Shown: positions 40,135-50,449, counted from the first letter of the stretch. The stretch is 64,000 bases of DNA from Deltaproteobacteria bacterium (GCA_040218735.1 JAVJQW010000050.1:96001-160000), one strand, 5' to 3'. Translations and numbers: made by a program. Notes: generated by a model from the sequence alone, not told the origin.

Positions 40135-41954
40135 TGCGACGCCACTTCTACTTCCCGTCGCACGACGGCACCGAGCTCGCCGTCACCCTCCACCTCCCCG
40201 ACGCCGCGTATCACCGACGTGTCCCGACCATCCTCCGCCAGACGCGGTACTTCCGCGGCGTGCGCCTCGCGCCGACCGCGGCGCGCCTCGGCGCCGACCC
40301 CTTCGACGACTACGCGCTCATCCGCCCGCGGTTCCTCGACGCGGGCATCGCGTGGGTCGACCTCGACGTACGCGGCTCGGGCGCGTCGTTCGGACACCGC
40401 ATCTGTCCGTGGTCTCCGGACGAGGTCGACGACGCCGTCCGCCTCGTCGACTGGATCGTCGAGCAGCCGTGGTCGTCCGGACGCGTCGGCGGGCTCGGCA
40501 CCTCCTACGACGGCACGGCGAGTGAGCTGCTCGCTTCCCGGCAACACCCCGCGGTGGTCGCGATCGCGCCGCGGTTCGCGCTGTTCGACGTCTACGAGGA
40601 CATCGCGTTCCCGGGCGGCATCCACCTGACCTGGTTCACCGAGATGTGGGGGCGCATCAACCGCGCGTTCGACGAGGACGACTTCTCGAAGGTCGCCGCG
40701 ATCGCAGGCCAGATCGTGTTGTCGGCGATGGTGACGAAGGAGCGCGCCGAGGGGCGCACCGCGTTCACGCGCCTGTACGAACGACTCCAGGCCGACGCCG
40801 CGCGGCGCGGCTTCGAGAGGCTCCTGGGTGTCTTCGCGAAGGGCGTCGAACCCGTTGACCCCGCGAGGCTCGCGGACGCCGTCGCGCAGCACGCCGAGAA
40901 CTACGACGTCCACGCGGTCGCGCTCACGACACCGTTCCGCGACGACATCTCCGCGCTCGATCCGTTCGGTCCGGTGGAGGGCGACGAAGCCGGCGTGCTG
41001 GGCAGCATCGATCGCTTCAGCCCCCACGCGGTCGCCGCGAAGACCAAGGCTTCTGGCGCCGCGGTCTTCTCGTACTCCGGCTGGTTCGACGCCGGCTACG
41101 GACGCGCCGCCACGAAGCGCCACCGCGCGCTCGACGGGGCGCACCTGCTCCTCGGACCTTGGGAACACTGCGGACGCCTCGACTTCGGCGACCGCCCCAC
41201 CACCTACGACCACGCCGGAGAGCTCCTCGCGTTCTTCTCACGGCACTTGCTGGACGCCGATCTCGAACCGCCGCCCCGCGTTCGATGGTTCGTGACCGGC
41301 GCGAACACATGGCGGCGCGGCGACACGTGGCCGCCGCCGGCCGAGACGCGGACGCTCCACCTCCGCCGCGATCGCACGCTCGGTGACGCGCCGTCCGAAG
41401 ACACGTTGCCGCTCACCCTCTCGCCGAACGCGACGACCGGCGAGGCGTCGCGCTGGCGCAGCCTGATCGGGCCGCACCGCTTCATCGGTTATCCGGAGCG
41501 CCGAGCGCAGCACAGGGAGGCGGAGGTCTTCAGCTCCGCGCCGCTCGACGGGCCGCTGGAGATCACCGGCCACCCGCTGGTCTGGCTGGAGCTCGTCGGC
41601 CCCGTCGACGACGCGCAGGTCTTCGTCTACCTCGATCACGTCGCGCCGGACGGGCGCGTCACGTACCTGTCGGAGGGGATGTTGCGCCTGTCGCGCCGCA
41701 AGTACCGCACCGTCGCGATGGTCGTGGACCGCGACCACCTCCGCGGCGACGCCGCGCCGCTCGCGGACGCGGAGCTCGTGCCGATCGATCTGCTCCCGAT
41801 GTCCGCGGCCGTCCCGGCCGGTCACCGAATCGTCGTCGCGATCACCGGTGCGGATCGCGACAGCTTCGCGCCACCCGACGCACCGGTGCGACTCGGGCTA
41901 CGTCTCGGTGAAAGCCGGGTCGAGGTCCCGGTCGTCACCACACCCCAGGGATGA
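40134..41954 (+). CDS. CocE/NonD family hydrolase
   Basis: DVRGSGASFG, GTSYDG nucleophile, GWFD, GPWEH. Confidence 0.88.
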   Translation: MRRHFYFPSHDGTELAVTLHLPDAAYHRRVPTILRQTRYFRGVRLAPTAARLGADPFDDYALIRPRFLDAGIAWVDLDVRGSGASFGHRICPWSPDEVDDAVRLVDWIVEQPWSSGRVGGLGTSYDGTASELLASRQHPAVVAIAPRFALFDVYEDIAFPGGIHLTWFTEMWGRINRAFDEDDFSKVAAIAGQIVLSAMVTKERAEGRTAFTRLYERLQADAARRGFERLLGVFAKGVEPVDPARLADAVAQHAENYDVHAVALTTPFRDDISALDPFGPVEGDEAGVLGSIDRFSPHAVAAKTKASGAAVFSYSGWFDAGYGRAATKRHRALDGAHLLLGPWEHCGRLDFGDRPTTYDHAGELLAFFSRHLLDADLEPPPRVRWFVTGANTWRRGDTWPPPAETRTLHLRRDRTLGDAPSEDTLPLTLSPNATTGEASRWRSLIGPHRFIGYPERRAQHREAEVFSSAPLDGPLEITGHPLVWLELVGPVDDAQVFVYLDHVAPDGRVTYLSEGMLRLSRRKYRTVAMVVDRDHLRGDAAPLADAELVPIDLLPMSAAVPAGHRIVVAITGADRDSFAPPDAPVRLGLRLGESRVEVPVVTTPQG

Positions 41955-42693
41955 GCGCGCGGCGGCGCTCGGGGTAGTCGTCGAACTTGTCCCGGTACCA
42001 CTTGTGGTGCGCGATCGCGCGCGGCGCGAGGTTGGCGATCGTGTAGACGGCAAACGCCAACCCGGAGATCGACCACGTCGCGATCGCCCACCCGATCCAC
42101 TCCACGATCTCACACAGGTAGTTCGGCGCGCTGACCCACTCGAACAGGCCCCCCCGCGGGACGTGGTAGGCGGTGTCCCCCGGCTTGCGCAGGTTCCTCA
42201 GCACCGCGTCGCTGTGGAGGTTGCCGAACCACCCGAGGAGGAACAGCGCCGCGCCGCCGACGAACCGTGGGTCGACGAGCCACGCGGCGTCGTACGCGCC
42301 GAAGTGCCCGACCCACCGGCCGTTCACGTACGCGTTCAATACATTGAAGAGAACCGCCAGCCCCACCACCAACACCGGCATGCGGCGCCCCTTCGAACGC
42401 AGCCGGAACGGGTACACGTACGTCCGGTTCACGTAGTGCAGCAGCCACAGCGCGGCGAGCACCCGCGGGACGGTTTCACCCGCGTGCTGCCCGGTGAAGC
42501 AGAAGAAGGAGAACAGCAGCACGGCCGGGGACTCCATCACCACCCAGCCGACCACCGCGGGGAGCGTCGGCCCCCACCCGTCCCGTACGTGGCGTCCGTA
42601 CGGCGCGACGACGAACAACAACGCGAGGACCGTGACGACCGCGAGGCCGATCTCCAGGCCGACCGCGTATTGATGCAGCTGCGGATCGTTCAC
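41935..42693 (-). CDS. Steroid 5-alpha-reductase-like (3-oxo-5-alpha-steroid 4-dehydrogenase)
   Basis: APYGRH, GWVVMESPA, HYVNR, GNLHSD, GGLFEWVSAPNYLCEIVEW, NLAPRA..HH.WY, ALIP. Confidence 0.9.
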   Translation of the reverse strand: MNDPQLHQYAVGLEIGLAVVTVLALLFVVAPYGRHVRDGWGPTLPAVVGWVVMESPAVLLFSFFCFTGQHAGETVPRVLAALWLLHYVNRTYVYPFRLRSKGRRMPVLVVGLAVLFNVLNAYVNGRWVGHFGAYDAAWLVDPRFVGGAALFLLGWFGNLHSDAVLRNLRKPGDTAYHVPRGGLFEWVSAPNYLCEIVEWIGWAIATWSISGLAFAVYTIANLAPRAIAHHKWYRDKFDDYPERRRALIPGVW

Positions 42694-43676
42694 GCGCTCG
42701 CCCTCCACATCCCGACGTCCGCGAACCAGCGGTACGCATCTTCGACCGACTCCGCGAGCGCACGGGGTTCGTACCCCAGCTCGCGCGCAGCTTTGTCGTG
42801 GCGGATCCGTCGCGCCAACCCGAGCGCGTCGATCGCCTCCGACGAGAACCGAAGCTCACGCTTCGCGACCCGCCCCACCACGTCGGCGAAGGGGGCCGCC
42901 GATCGCGCGACCCACATCGGCACCGTCATCCGCGGAGCACGAACCCCGGTCGCCGCCTCCGCGAGCGACGCGAGCTCACGCGCCGAGTGCCAGTGCCCCG
43001 AGAGGATGTAGCTGTCGCCGTCACGCCCGCGCTGCTCCGCCGCGATGGCGCCCGCGCAGACGTCGCGGACGTCGACCCAGTCGAACCCGCCTTCGACGAG
43101 CGCGGGGAGGCGCCGGCGCGCGAGGTCGAGGAGGACTTTGCCGGTGCGCGAGGGGCGGTGGTCGCCGGGGCCGATGACGGCGGTGGGGTGGACGACGACG
43201 CCGGACAACCCGCGCGCGAAGACGCCGCGGACGCGCCGCTCGCCCTCCCTTTTGGTCCGGCTGTACGCAGAGCCGCCCTCGAGTCGGCGTGTGGTCTCGT
43301 CGACGGCTTCGTCACCTTCGAGGTCGAAGACGTGAATCGTGCTGCAGTGGACGAAGCGCTCCACCCCCGCGTCGAGCGCCGCCTCGGCGAGCGCCTCGGC
43401 GCCGCGCACGTTGGTGGCTTCGACCGTGCCGTCCGGATCGCCGGCGAGGGAGATGACCGACGCGAAGTGGAACACCGACGTGGCCCCCTCGACGGCGCGT
43501 CGCACGGCGTCGGGGTCTCGCAGATCGGCGCGCACCGTTTCGACCCCCTCGACGTCGAGCGGCGTCGCGTTCACCACCGCGCGAACCGTACGCCCCTCGG
43601 CGACGAGTGTCTCGGCGAGCACGCGCCCGATGAACCCGCTCGCACCCGTGACGACCGTGACCACGACGGCGCGCAT
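42690..43676 (-). CDS. NAD-dependent epimerase/dehydratase (3-beta-HSD/dihydroflavonol-reductase-like extended SDR)
   Basis: TGASGFIG, YSRTK, VIGPGD, VDVRD; GTGA overlap with the reductase gene. Confidence 0.85.
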   Translation of the reverse strand: MRAVVVTVVTGASGFIGRVLAETLVAEGRTVRAVVNATPLDVEGVETVRADLRDPDAVRRAVEGATSVFHFASVISLAGDPDGTVEATNVRGAEALAEAALDAGVERFVHCSTIHVFDLEGDEAVDETTRRLEGGSAYSRTKREGERRVRGVFARGLSGVVVHPTAVIGPGDHRPSRTGKVLLDLARRRLPALVEGGFDWVDVRDVCAGAIAAEQRGRDGDSYILSGHWHSARELASLAEAATGVRAPRMTVPMWVARSAAPFADVVGRVAKRELRFSSEAIDALGLARRIRHDKAARELGYEPRALAESVEDAYRWFADVGMWRASA

Positions 43677-43734
43677 CGTACGGCCCCTCGTGTGCTTTGA
43701 GAACGCACGAAGCTGTGCGAGCGTCGTCATTGCG

Positions 43735-44166
43735 ATGAGCGCCGCGAACCCCTACCAGACGCCGGACGCGGCCGGCGAGCTCCAGGGTCAGAAGTCAGAG
43801 GACCTCGCCCGCCTCGCGCGTGTGCACCGTCGCGTGAACCTCATCGTGCTCGCGAACATCTTCGCGGTCTTCTCGCTCTTCGGCGTCGGTGCGCTGGTCT
43901 ACTCGAACCCGGGTCTCGCGAACGTCCTGAGCACCCTCGTCACGGTGTTCCTGGTAGTCAGCTGGATCGCGCTCGCGGTCTCGCTCTTTCAGCTAGCGCG
44001 CGCGCTCGGGTGGTCGATGTTCCTGTGTGTGCTCGCGGTGCTGAGCATGTTCATCGGGCTGGTGAACCTGATCGTGATCGTTGCGGCGATCTCCAGCGCC
44101 AACACCAAGCTGAAGAAGGCCGGCTACCGCGTCGGCCTCCTCGGCGTGTCGCCGCGCGACCTGTAG
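43735..44166 (+). CDS. Hypothetical membrane protein
   Basis: NPYQTP N-terminus, 3 TMs, LKKAGYRVGLLG. Confidence 0.6.
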   Translation: MSAANPYQTPDAAGELQGQKSEDLARLARVHRRVNLIVLANIFAVFSLFGVGALVYSNPGLANVLSTLVTVFLVVSWIALAVSLFQLARALGWSMFLCVLAVLSMFIGLVNLIVIVAAISSANTKLKKAGYRVGLLGVSPRDL

Positions 44167-44170
44167 AACG

Positions 44171-45487
44171 TCAGGCGACCTGCGCGGCGGGCCGCGCGAC
44201 GCCCACCATCCGATCCCAGTACGGCGCGAGATCCAGCCGCACTTCCATTCGCTTCAGGAGGTTGAACAGCCCACCGAGCTTGCGGTGCAGGAACAGGAGC
44301 TGGCGCGGCGGTGGTGAGTACTCCAGCGCGCGCGTGAACCGCGCGCTGATCTCCTGGGCGCGCGCCAGGTAGTCGGCGTCCGCGAACTGGAACGGCTGCA
44401 CGCCGGACGCAAACGGCTCGACCGCGCTCTCGAGCATCTCGACGAAGGCCAGCATCGTAGCCGCCTTCTCGCGCTCGTCGAGCAAACCGAACGCGAGCGC
44501 TTCGTCGACGGTCTGCTGCGGGTCGCGGCTCGCGAGCGACTTCAGCAGCGCGACGTAGCGCTCCCGGAAGGTCGCGTCGTACTCGAGCGCCGCGCCGAAA
44601 TCGAGGAGCACGATCTTGCCGTCTTCGCGGACGAGGAAGTTGGCGGGGTTCGGGTCGGTCTGGACGAAGCCGTGCTCGAAGAACTCCACGCAGTACAGAT
44701 CGAGCATCGCGCGCGCGAAGTCGACGCGGCGCTCGAAGCTCGGGGAGCGCTTCATCCACTCACGAACCGGCGCCCCCTGCTCGAAGCTCATCGTCAGCAC
44801 CCGATCGGTGCTGAGCTCGGGGTACGCGCGCGGGACGACGAACCGATCGTCGTCGGCGACCATCGCGGCGTAGCGCTCGAGGTTATTGCGCTCGATGACG
44901 TAGTCCGCTTCGCGGTGAAGGATGCGCGACAGCTCGTCGAAGAGCGTCGTCAGATCGATCTTCTTGCGCGTGACCGCCAGCCAGCTGTTCGCGAGCTTGG
45001 CGAGCATCGCGAGGTCGGCGTCGATCGACTCGGCGACGCCCGGGTACTGCACCTTCACCACGACCGGCGCCCCGTTCACGCGCGCGCGGTGCACCTGCCC
45101 GATGCTCGCCGCCGCGAAGGAGGTCTCCTCGAAGTGCTCGAAGCGGTCCCGCCAGTCCGCGCCGAACGCGTCGACGAGCACCGACTCCACCACCGCGAAC
45201 TCCACAGGCTCGGCGTCGTCCTGGAGCGTCCCGAGGATCTCGACCGCCTCCGGCGGGAGGAAGTCCCCGGCGTCGATCGACAGGAGCTGCCCGGCCTTCA
45301 TGACCGCGCCCTTCAGGTGCCGAAGCTGCTCGGTGACGGCGCGGGCCTGCTCGATCCGGCGCGCCACGCGCTCGACGCCGGACAAACGCCCGGCCACCTC
45401 CTTCCCCGCCACACGCGCGGCGGTCTCGAGGAGCTTGGAGGAGCGCGAAAGGACACTCGTAGCGAAGCGTTTCTTGGGCTCGGACAT
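44171..45487 (-). CDS. ABC1/UbiB/COQ8-family atypical kinase
   Basis: KAGQLLS (KxGQ), AAASIGQVH, VKVQYPG, QTDPNPANF, LDFG. Confidence 0.92.
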   Translation of the reverse strand: MSEPKKRFATSVLSRSSKLLETAARVAGKEVAGRLSGVERVARRIEQARAVTEQLRHLKGAVMKAGQLLSIDAGDFLPPEAVEILGTLQDDAEPVEFAVVESVLVDAFGADWRDRFEHFEETSFAAASIGQVHRARVNGAPVVVKVQYPGVAESIDADLAMLAKLANSWLAVTRKKIDLTTLFDELSRILHREADYVIERNNLERYAAMVADDDRFVVPRAYPELSTDRVLTMSFEQGAPVREWMKRSPSFERRVDFARAMLDLYCVEFFEHGFVQTDPNPANFLVREDGKIVLLDFGAALEYDATFRERYVALLKSLASRDPQQTVDEALAFGLLDEREKAATMLAFVEMLESAVEPFASGVQPFQFADADYLARAQEISARFTRALEYSPPPRQLLFLHRKLGGLFNLLKRMEVRLDLAPYWDRMVGVARPAAQVA

Positions 45488-45612
45488 CGGGCGCAGTCGA
45501 AACCAAACACGCCGCGCCTCTATTTCGCTGAGGGACATTGGCGCACGGCGACACGCTCCCACCGGACATCGGGCGGACGGACGTCGCGGGGATGACCTCC
45601 CACGATGGAGGC

Positions 45613-46113
45613 GTGGCGTCTCCAGGAGGACACGATGCCAACACCGCGTGGAGGTTCGCCTGTCGGCACCTCACGCGCGCCGAGTTGGGCGGTTCGTTTT
45701 CGTGGCAGCCCGGTGGGCTCGCGGCGATAGAACGTCGGCTGCTCCGGCGGGTCCGAGGGCCCGACGCCGTCGCGGAGGTCGCGGAGCTGCTGAAGCTCGC
45801 GTCCGCGCTGCGGCGACGGCTCGGCTCCGTCGAAGCTGCGGATGCGCTCTCGGGGCTGCTGAAGCGAACGCCCGAAGCGGTCGCCATCGTCCGGGCGCAC
45901 TGGGGCACCGGTGCGCAACGTCGGGCCATCGCGCGGTTTCGTTCGCGGACCGGACAGGACGACCGTCGACGCGCGCCGTCGGTCGGACAGCGTCCCGCGC
46001 CCGGAGCCGTTCCGTTGGCCGCTCTCCTGGATCCCACCGAACGCGACCGTCGTCGCGCGAGGACACGGCGAAACACAGGAGTGAACGATGGCGGACGGCG
46101 TAAGCGAATCTAG
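45613..46113 (+). CDS. Hypothetical basic protein upstream of putative effector
   Basis: GGAGG RBS then GTG; overlaps the next gene. Confidence 0.5.
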   Translation: MASPGGHDANTAWRFACRHLTRAELGGSFSWQPGGLAAIERRLLRRVRGPDAVAEVAELLKLASALRRRLGSVEAADALSGLLKRTPEAVAIVRAHWGTGAQRRAIARFRSRTGQDDRRRAPSVGQRPAPGAVPLAALLDPTERDRRRARTRRNTGVNDGGRRKRI

Positions 46114-47527
46114 GGACACCAGCGGACCAAGCGGACCGAGCGGCGTCGATGCGGCGGGCGCAGCGGCCGACGTCGGCGGGCTGAGCGAGTCCGACACGCG
46201 GGAGATCGAGGCGGCGGTCGCCGCCGAAGGGCCGGGGCTCGAAGCGGGGCTCGTCGACGCCGGCGACGGGTACGAGGCCGACCTCGCCGAGCGCCCCGAT
46301 GTCGTGGCGGCCAACGCCGCGCCCGCCGCGACGGACATGGACGTGGACGTCGACGTCGACACGGACGTCGCCGTGACGGAGCCGCTCCCGGAGAACCGCG
46401 CGAAGGTCGAAGAGTTCCGCGACCGCTTCGAGGCGATCGACATCTTCGAGGGCTCGTTGTCCGCGCAGTCCGCCGCGGTCGACGCGGGCGATCCGCGCAG
46501 CGCGAGCGAACGTCGCGCGGACGTCTTGGACGAGCTCACCGACTGGGTGCACGGGATCGAGGATCCCGAGGAGCGCGACAACACCCTTCGGGCGATCGCG
46601 ATCGACGCCGGGCGCCAGGCGGGCAAGCTCGCCGAGGCGGATCCGTACCAGGCCTACGAAAAGCTCGACGCGCTCGGCGCGGGGATGCCGAAGGAGACCG
46701 GGGGGCTGCTCGCGTACGGCGCGCTGGAGACCTCGGACGGCGTCGACAAACTCCCGGCGCTCGCCCGCTCCGGCACCCCGGTCGGCGACGCATTGGTCGC
46801 GGAGGCGGACCGCCGCGCCGACGCTGCCCACGAAGCGATGCGCGCGGTGGTGCCGGGCTACGACGGGGTTGCGACGCTACTGGAGGGGGACGTCCTCGGC
46901 GCCGGGACGAGCCTGGCGATCGACGCCGCCGGCGGAGCGATCCTGAAGTCGGGGAAGCTCGCGGCCGCGGCGGTCGGCGCGGGCATCGTGGTCACGCCCG
47001 GCACCGCCGAGGCCGGCCCGTTCAGCAAGGTCGTCGACCTCGCGACGAACAAAAAGCTCCACATCGACGCCCACGAGCTCGTCTCGGAGCAAGCCCACAC
47101 GAGGTACCCGGTCGTCACGGCGCGGATCGTCGAGGACGGCCAGGAGGTCCGGTCGCTCACGCTCATGGACCCGCGCGCGAAACACAACATCGTCGACCCC
47201 AACCTGGATCCGAACCTCGACACGTTGTCGAAACAGATGAGCCGAAACAGACGCGTCGAGCCTCAGTTCAAGTCGGCGCGCGCCAACGGCCAGTTCACCG
47301 GCCGCTGGAACACCCCCGAGGGTCAGGCCGAGCTCGCGGAGATCATCATGAAGCGCCTGTCGGATGCAGAGCTGGATGCGATCGTCCCGGGCAAGGGCTC
47401 GAAGACGCTCAAGCTCCCCTTTCCGGTCGGGCTCACGCCGCAGGGGACCAACGTGCGGGTCGCGACGTCGATCGAGATCAAACGCAACGCCAACGAACCT
47501 GGCTTCCACCTCGTCCCGAGACCCTAG
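46088..47527 (+). CDS. Putative secreted toxin/effector (acidic disordered N-terminus, Gly/Ala-rich middle, basic C-terminal domain)
   Basis: No signal peptide; VPGYDG...GAILKSGK linker; C-terminal domain with AKH...GFHLVP. Confidence 0.5.
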   Translation: MADGVSESRDTSGPSGPSGVDAAGAAADVGGLSESDTREIEAAVAAEGPGLEAGLVDAGDGYEADLAERPDVVAANAAPAATDMDVDVDVDTDVAVTEPLPENRAKVEEFRDRFEAIDIFEGSLSAQSAAVDAGDPRSASERRADVLDELTDWVHGIEDPEERDNTLRAIAIDAGRQAGKLAEADPYQAYEKLDALGAGMPKETGGLLAYGALETSDGVDKLPALARSGTPVGDALVAEADRRADAAHEAMRAVVPGYDGVATLLEGDVLGAGTSLAIDAAGGAILKSGKLAAAAVGAGIVVTPGTAEAGPFSKVVDLATNKKLHIDAHELVSEQAHTRYPVVTARIVEDGQEVRSLTLMDPRAKHNIVDPNLDPNLDTLSKQMSRNRRVEPQFKSARANGQFTGRWNTPEGQAELAEIIMKRLSDAELDAIVPGKGSKTLKLPFPVGLTPQGTNVRVATSIEIKRNANEPGFHLVPRP

Positions 47528-47528
47528 G

Positions 47529-49706
47529 CTAGGCGGCGTCGGCCTCGAGCTGGGCGCGGCCCATCGGCTGGATGGTGAGGTCCATCGGGAGCTCGTCGAA
47601 GCTGAGCACCGAGACCTGCGGGAGGTCCGACTCGACCAGCTTGCGCACGAAGCGACGAATCTCGGCGTTCGTCAGGATGATGGGGCGCTTGCCCTGCGCG
47701 ACCATGGGCTGCAGCGCAGCGGCGATGCACATCGTGAACTGCCGGCAGAGCTGCGGGTCGAGCATGAGCACCTGGCCGTTCGAGTTCGTGACGATGGCTT
47801 CGGCGATCGTCTCTTCGATGACCGGGTCGAGGAGCAGCGCGGGGAGCTTGGTGTCCGTGCCGCAGTGTTTGTACGCGAGCTGCTCGCCGAGCGCCGCGCG
47901 CACCTTCTCCGTGAGGAACAGCGGGTCGCCGTCACGCACGCCGAACTCGCCGAGGGCTTCGACGATCGTCTTCAGGTTGCGGATGCACACACCCTCGTCC
48001 ACCAGGCGGCGGAGCACGCCGACGAGCTGCTGCACCGTCGCGACCTTCGGGATGGTCTCCTTCACGAGCGCCGGGTAGGCCTTCTCGAGGCGCTCGACCA
48101 ACTCGCTGACCTCCTGCACGCCGATGAACTCCTTCGCCTTCTTGCGGAGCACCGAAGCGGCGTAGAGGGAGACGGCGCCGGATGCGTCCCACGTCGTGAT
48201 GCCGGCGGCCTCGACGACCTCGCGGTCCTCTTCCTTGATCTGCGCGATCTTCACCTTGCTGACCGGGTGCTGGATGGCCTTCGCCTCGACGCCGAGGCGC
48301 GCGAGGTTCTCGGGGCTCGTCGTCGCGAGGAGCGTGTTCGGCTCGATGGGCTGGCTGAGCGTGGGGACATCGTTGATGCGGACGATCATCTGCTGCGGCG
48401 GCATCGTCTTGATGTGCGGACGAACGCGGACGCCGGGGAAGCGCACGCCGGTCTCGAGGTACAGCGCGTCGCGCAGCTGCGGGATGTACTGCGTCACGAG
48501 CAGCGCGTCGTCGTCCTCGTCCGGGTTCTCGAAGCCGAGCGCCTTCGACAGGCTCGCGCCGAGGTCGATCGTGATCGGGACGACCGAGGGGGTGAGGCGG
48601 TCCGAGAGCGTCTTCTGGTCCTTCGCGGCCTTGACCTTCTTGTCGAGGCGCTCCTTGAACGCGGCCTGCTTCGCGAGCGTCGCGGCGCCGGGGCCCGCCT
48701 TCGCGAGGGCCTTCTTCACGAACATCGGGAGGAAGGCACGCGAGGCGCCGATGGTGAGCGCGCTGATGGCGCAGATGAAGAACGGGATGCCCGGGAGGCC
48801 GGGGACGAGGCCGAGGATGAGCATCAGCACGCCGCCGATGTTCAGGACGGACGCGTTCTCGAAGAGCTCGTCCTTCAGCGAGAAGCCGAGGTTCTTGTCC
48901 TTGTCCTTCGCCTCGACGCGCGTGACCAGGATGCCCGCGGCGAGCGTGATGAGGAGCGCCGGGATCTGGGAGACGAGGCCGTCACCGATGGTGAGGATGC
49001 AGTAGACCTCGATGGCCTCGGAGGCGGCCATGTCGTTGCGGATGACGCCGATGGCGATACCGGCGACGAGGTTGAGCGCGGTGATGATCAGGCCGGCGAT
49101 GGAGTCGCCCTTCACGAACTTCATCGCGCCGTCCATGTTGCCGAACATCTGCGACGTGCGGCCGAGCTCGTCGCGCTTCTCCTGCGCTTCCTGCTCGGTG
49201 TACGCGCCGGAGCGGAGCGACGCGTCGATGGACATCTGCTTGCCGGGCATCGCGTCGAGGGTGAAGCGCGCGCCGACCTCGGCGACGCGCTCGGCGCCCT
49301 TACCGACGACCATGAACTGCACGATCGTGATGACGAGGAAGATGACGATGCCGACGATGATGTCGCCCTGGAGCACGAAGCCGCCGAACGACTTCACGAC
49401 CTGACCGGCGTCGGCCTGCGAGAGGATGCCGCGGGTCGTCGACACGTTGAGGCCGAGGCGGAACAGCGTGGTGACGAGCAGGAGGGTCGGGAACGTCGAC
49501 ACCTCGAGCGCGTTCTTCGCGAAGATCGCGACGAGGAGGATCATCAGCGCCGCGGCGATGTTCACGGCGATGAGCGAGTCGAGGATGAACGTCGGGAGCG
49601 GGATGACGATCATCGAGACGATGCAGGCGACGCAGACGGCGAGGACGACGTCGGGGCGGCGACCGATGGACGAGAGGGGGAGCGCGGCGAGCGGGTTCGA
49701 CTTCAT
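47529..49706 (-). CDS. sctV: Type III secretion export gate SctV (LcrD/FlhA family, injectisome type)
   Basis: FPTLLLVTTLFRLGLNVSTTR, GAERVAEVGARFTLDAMPGKQMSID, MDGAMKFVKGD, LTIGDGLVSQIPAL, VLSFDEL. Confidence 0.93.
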   Translation of the reverse strand: MKSNPLAALPLSSIGRRPDVVLAVCVACIVSMIVIPLPTFILDSLIAVNIAAALMILLVAIFAKNALEVSTFPTLLLVTTLFRLGLNVSTTRGILSQADAGQVVKSFGGFVLQGDIIVGIVIFLVITIVQFMVVGKGAERVAEVGARFTLDAMPGKQMSIDASLRSGAYTEQEAQEKRDELGRTSQMFGNMDGAMKFVKGDSIAGLIITALNLVAGIAIGVIRNDMAASEAIEVYCILTIGDGLVSQIPALLITLAAGILVTRVEAKDKDKNLGFSLKDELFENASVLNIGGVLMLILGLVPGLPGIPFFICAISALTIGASRAFLPMFVKKALAKAGPGAATLAKQAAFKERLDKKVKAAKDQKTLSDRLTPSVVPITIDLGASLSKALGFENPDEDDDALLVTQYIPQLRDALYLETGVRFPGVRVRPHIKTMPPQQMIVRINDVPTLSQPIEPNTLLATTSPENLARLGVEAKAIQHPVSKVKIAQIKEEDREVVEAAGITTWDASGAVSLYAASVLRKKAKEFIGVQEVSELVERLEKAYPALVKETIPKVATVQQLVGVLRRLVDEGVCIRNLKTIVEALGEFGVRDGDPLFLTEKVRAALGEQLAYKHCGTDTKLPALLLDPVIEETIAEAIVTNSNGQVLMLDPQLCRQFTMCIAAALQPMVAQGKRPIILTNAEIRRFVRKLVESDLPQVSVLSFDELPMDLTIQPMGRAQLEADAA

Positions 49707-49723
49707 GGCTCTCTGTGGACCTT

Positions 49724-50449
49724 TCAGGAGCGGGTGGTACGGGCGGCCATCGCGGGACGACGCTTCGTCGTCTTGCGGATGTGGTTGAAGATCGCGGTGG
49801 CCTTGCGCTCGAGCGCTTCGTCACCGGCGGCGCGGGCCTTGGCGGCGCCACGCTGGAGCAGCTGCAGGGCGCGGTCGTGACGGCCGGCTTCGATCTCGAG
49901 CTCGGCGCGGTTCACGTCCGGGCGCGCGTCCGACGGGTCGAGCTTCGACGCCTGCTGGTACCAACGGTACGCCTCCTGCGGCTCGCCGAGGCGGTCGTGC
50001 GTCAGGCCGAGCGCGAGGGCGAAGTACGCCTCGTTCGGCTCGATGGCGACGAGCCCCTCGAAGAGCGAGAGCGCGAGGTCGAGGCCGCCGTTGAAGAGGT
50101 AGTTGTGGCCGATCTCGGCGATCGCGTAGAGGTCTTCGCGACGGTAGCCGCGCTGCTCGGCGAGGGTCGCGTTCGGGCGAACCGCGACGGCGCCGCCGAC
50201 GTGCGTCATCGCCTTGGCGTTCTTGAGCGTGTTGAAGAACGCCGTCTTGTGGGGCTGGTAGTCCGAGATGACCTCGGGCGCGACGGCGACGTAGGCCTTG
50301 GAGACCTGCTCGGCGGTCGAGCGCGCGCGGCGAACGCGGGACGGGGTGGCCGGGCGGCCGCCGGGGATCACGGCGAGCGCGCGGGGCTCGCTCTTCGGCG
50401 AAGGCTGGCTGGGCGTCGGGCGGGAGCGGGGACGGCGTTGGCGAGTCAC
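49724..50449 (-). CDS. T3SS TPR chaperone (SctY- or SycD/LcrH-like)
   Basis: LYAIAEIGHNY...LFEGLVAIEP...YFALALG TPRs; directly upstream of sctV. Confidence 0.7.
   Translation of the reverse strand: MTRQRRPRSRPTPSQPSPKSEPRALAVIPGGRPATPSRVRRARSTAEQVSKAYVAVAPEVISDYQPHKTAFFNTLKNAKAMTHVGGAVAVRPNATLAEQRGYRREDLYAIAEIGHNYLFNGGLDLALSLFEGLVAIEPNEAYFALALGLTHDRLGEPQEAYRWYQQASKLDPSDARPDVNRAELEIEAGRHDRALQLLQRGAAKARAAGDEALERKATAIFNHIRKTTKRRPAMAARTTRS

Noticed and set aside
47529-49706. Flagellar FlhA
   Set aside because: The AMKFVKGD signature, the TPR chaperone and translocator-like neighbours, and the absence of flagellar genes favour SctV. This is not proven without a tree.
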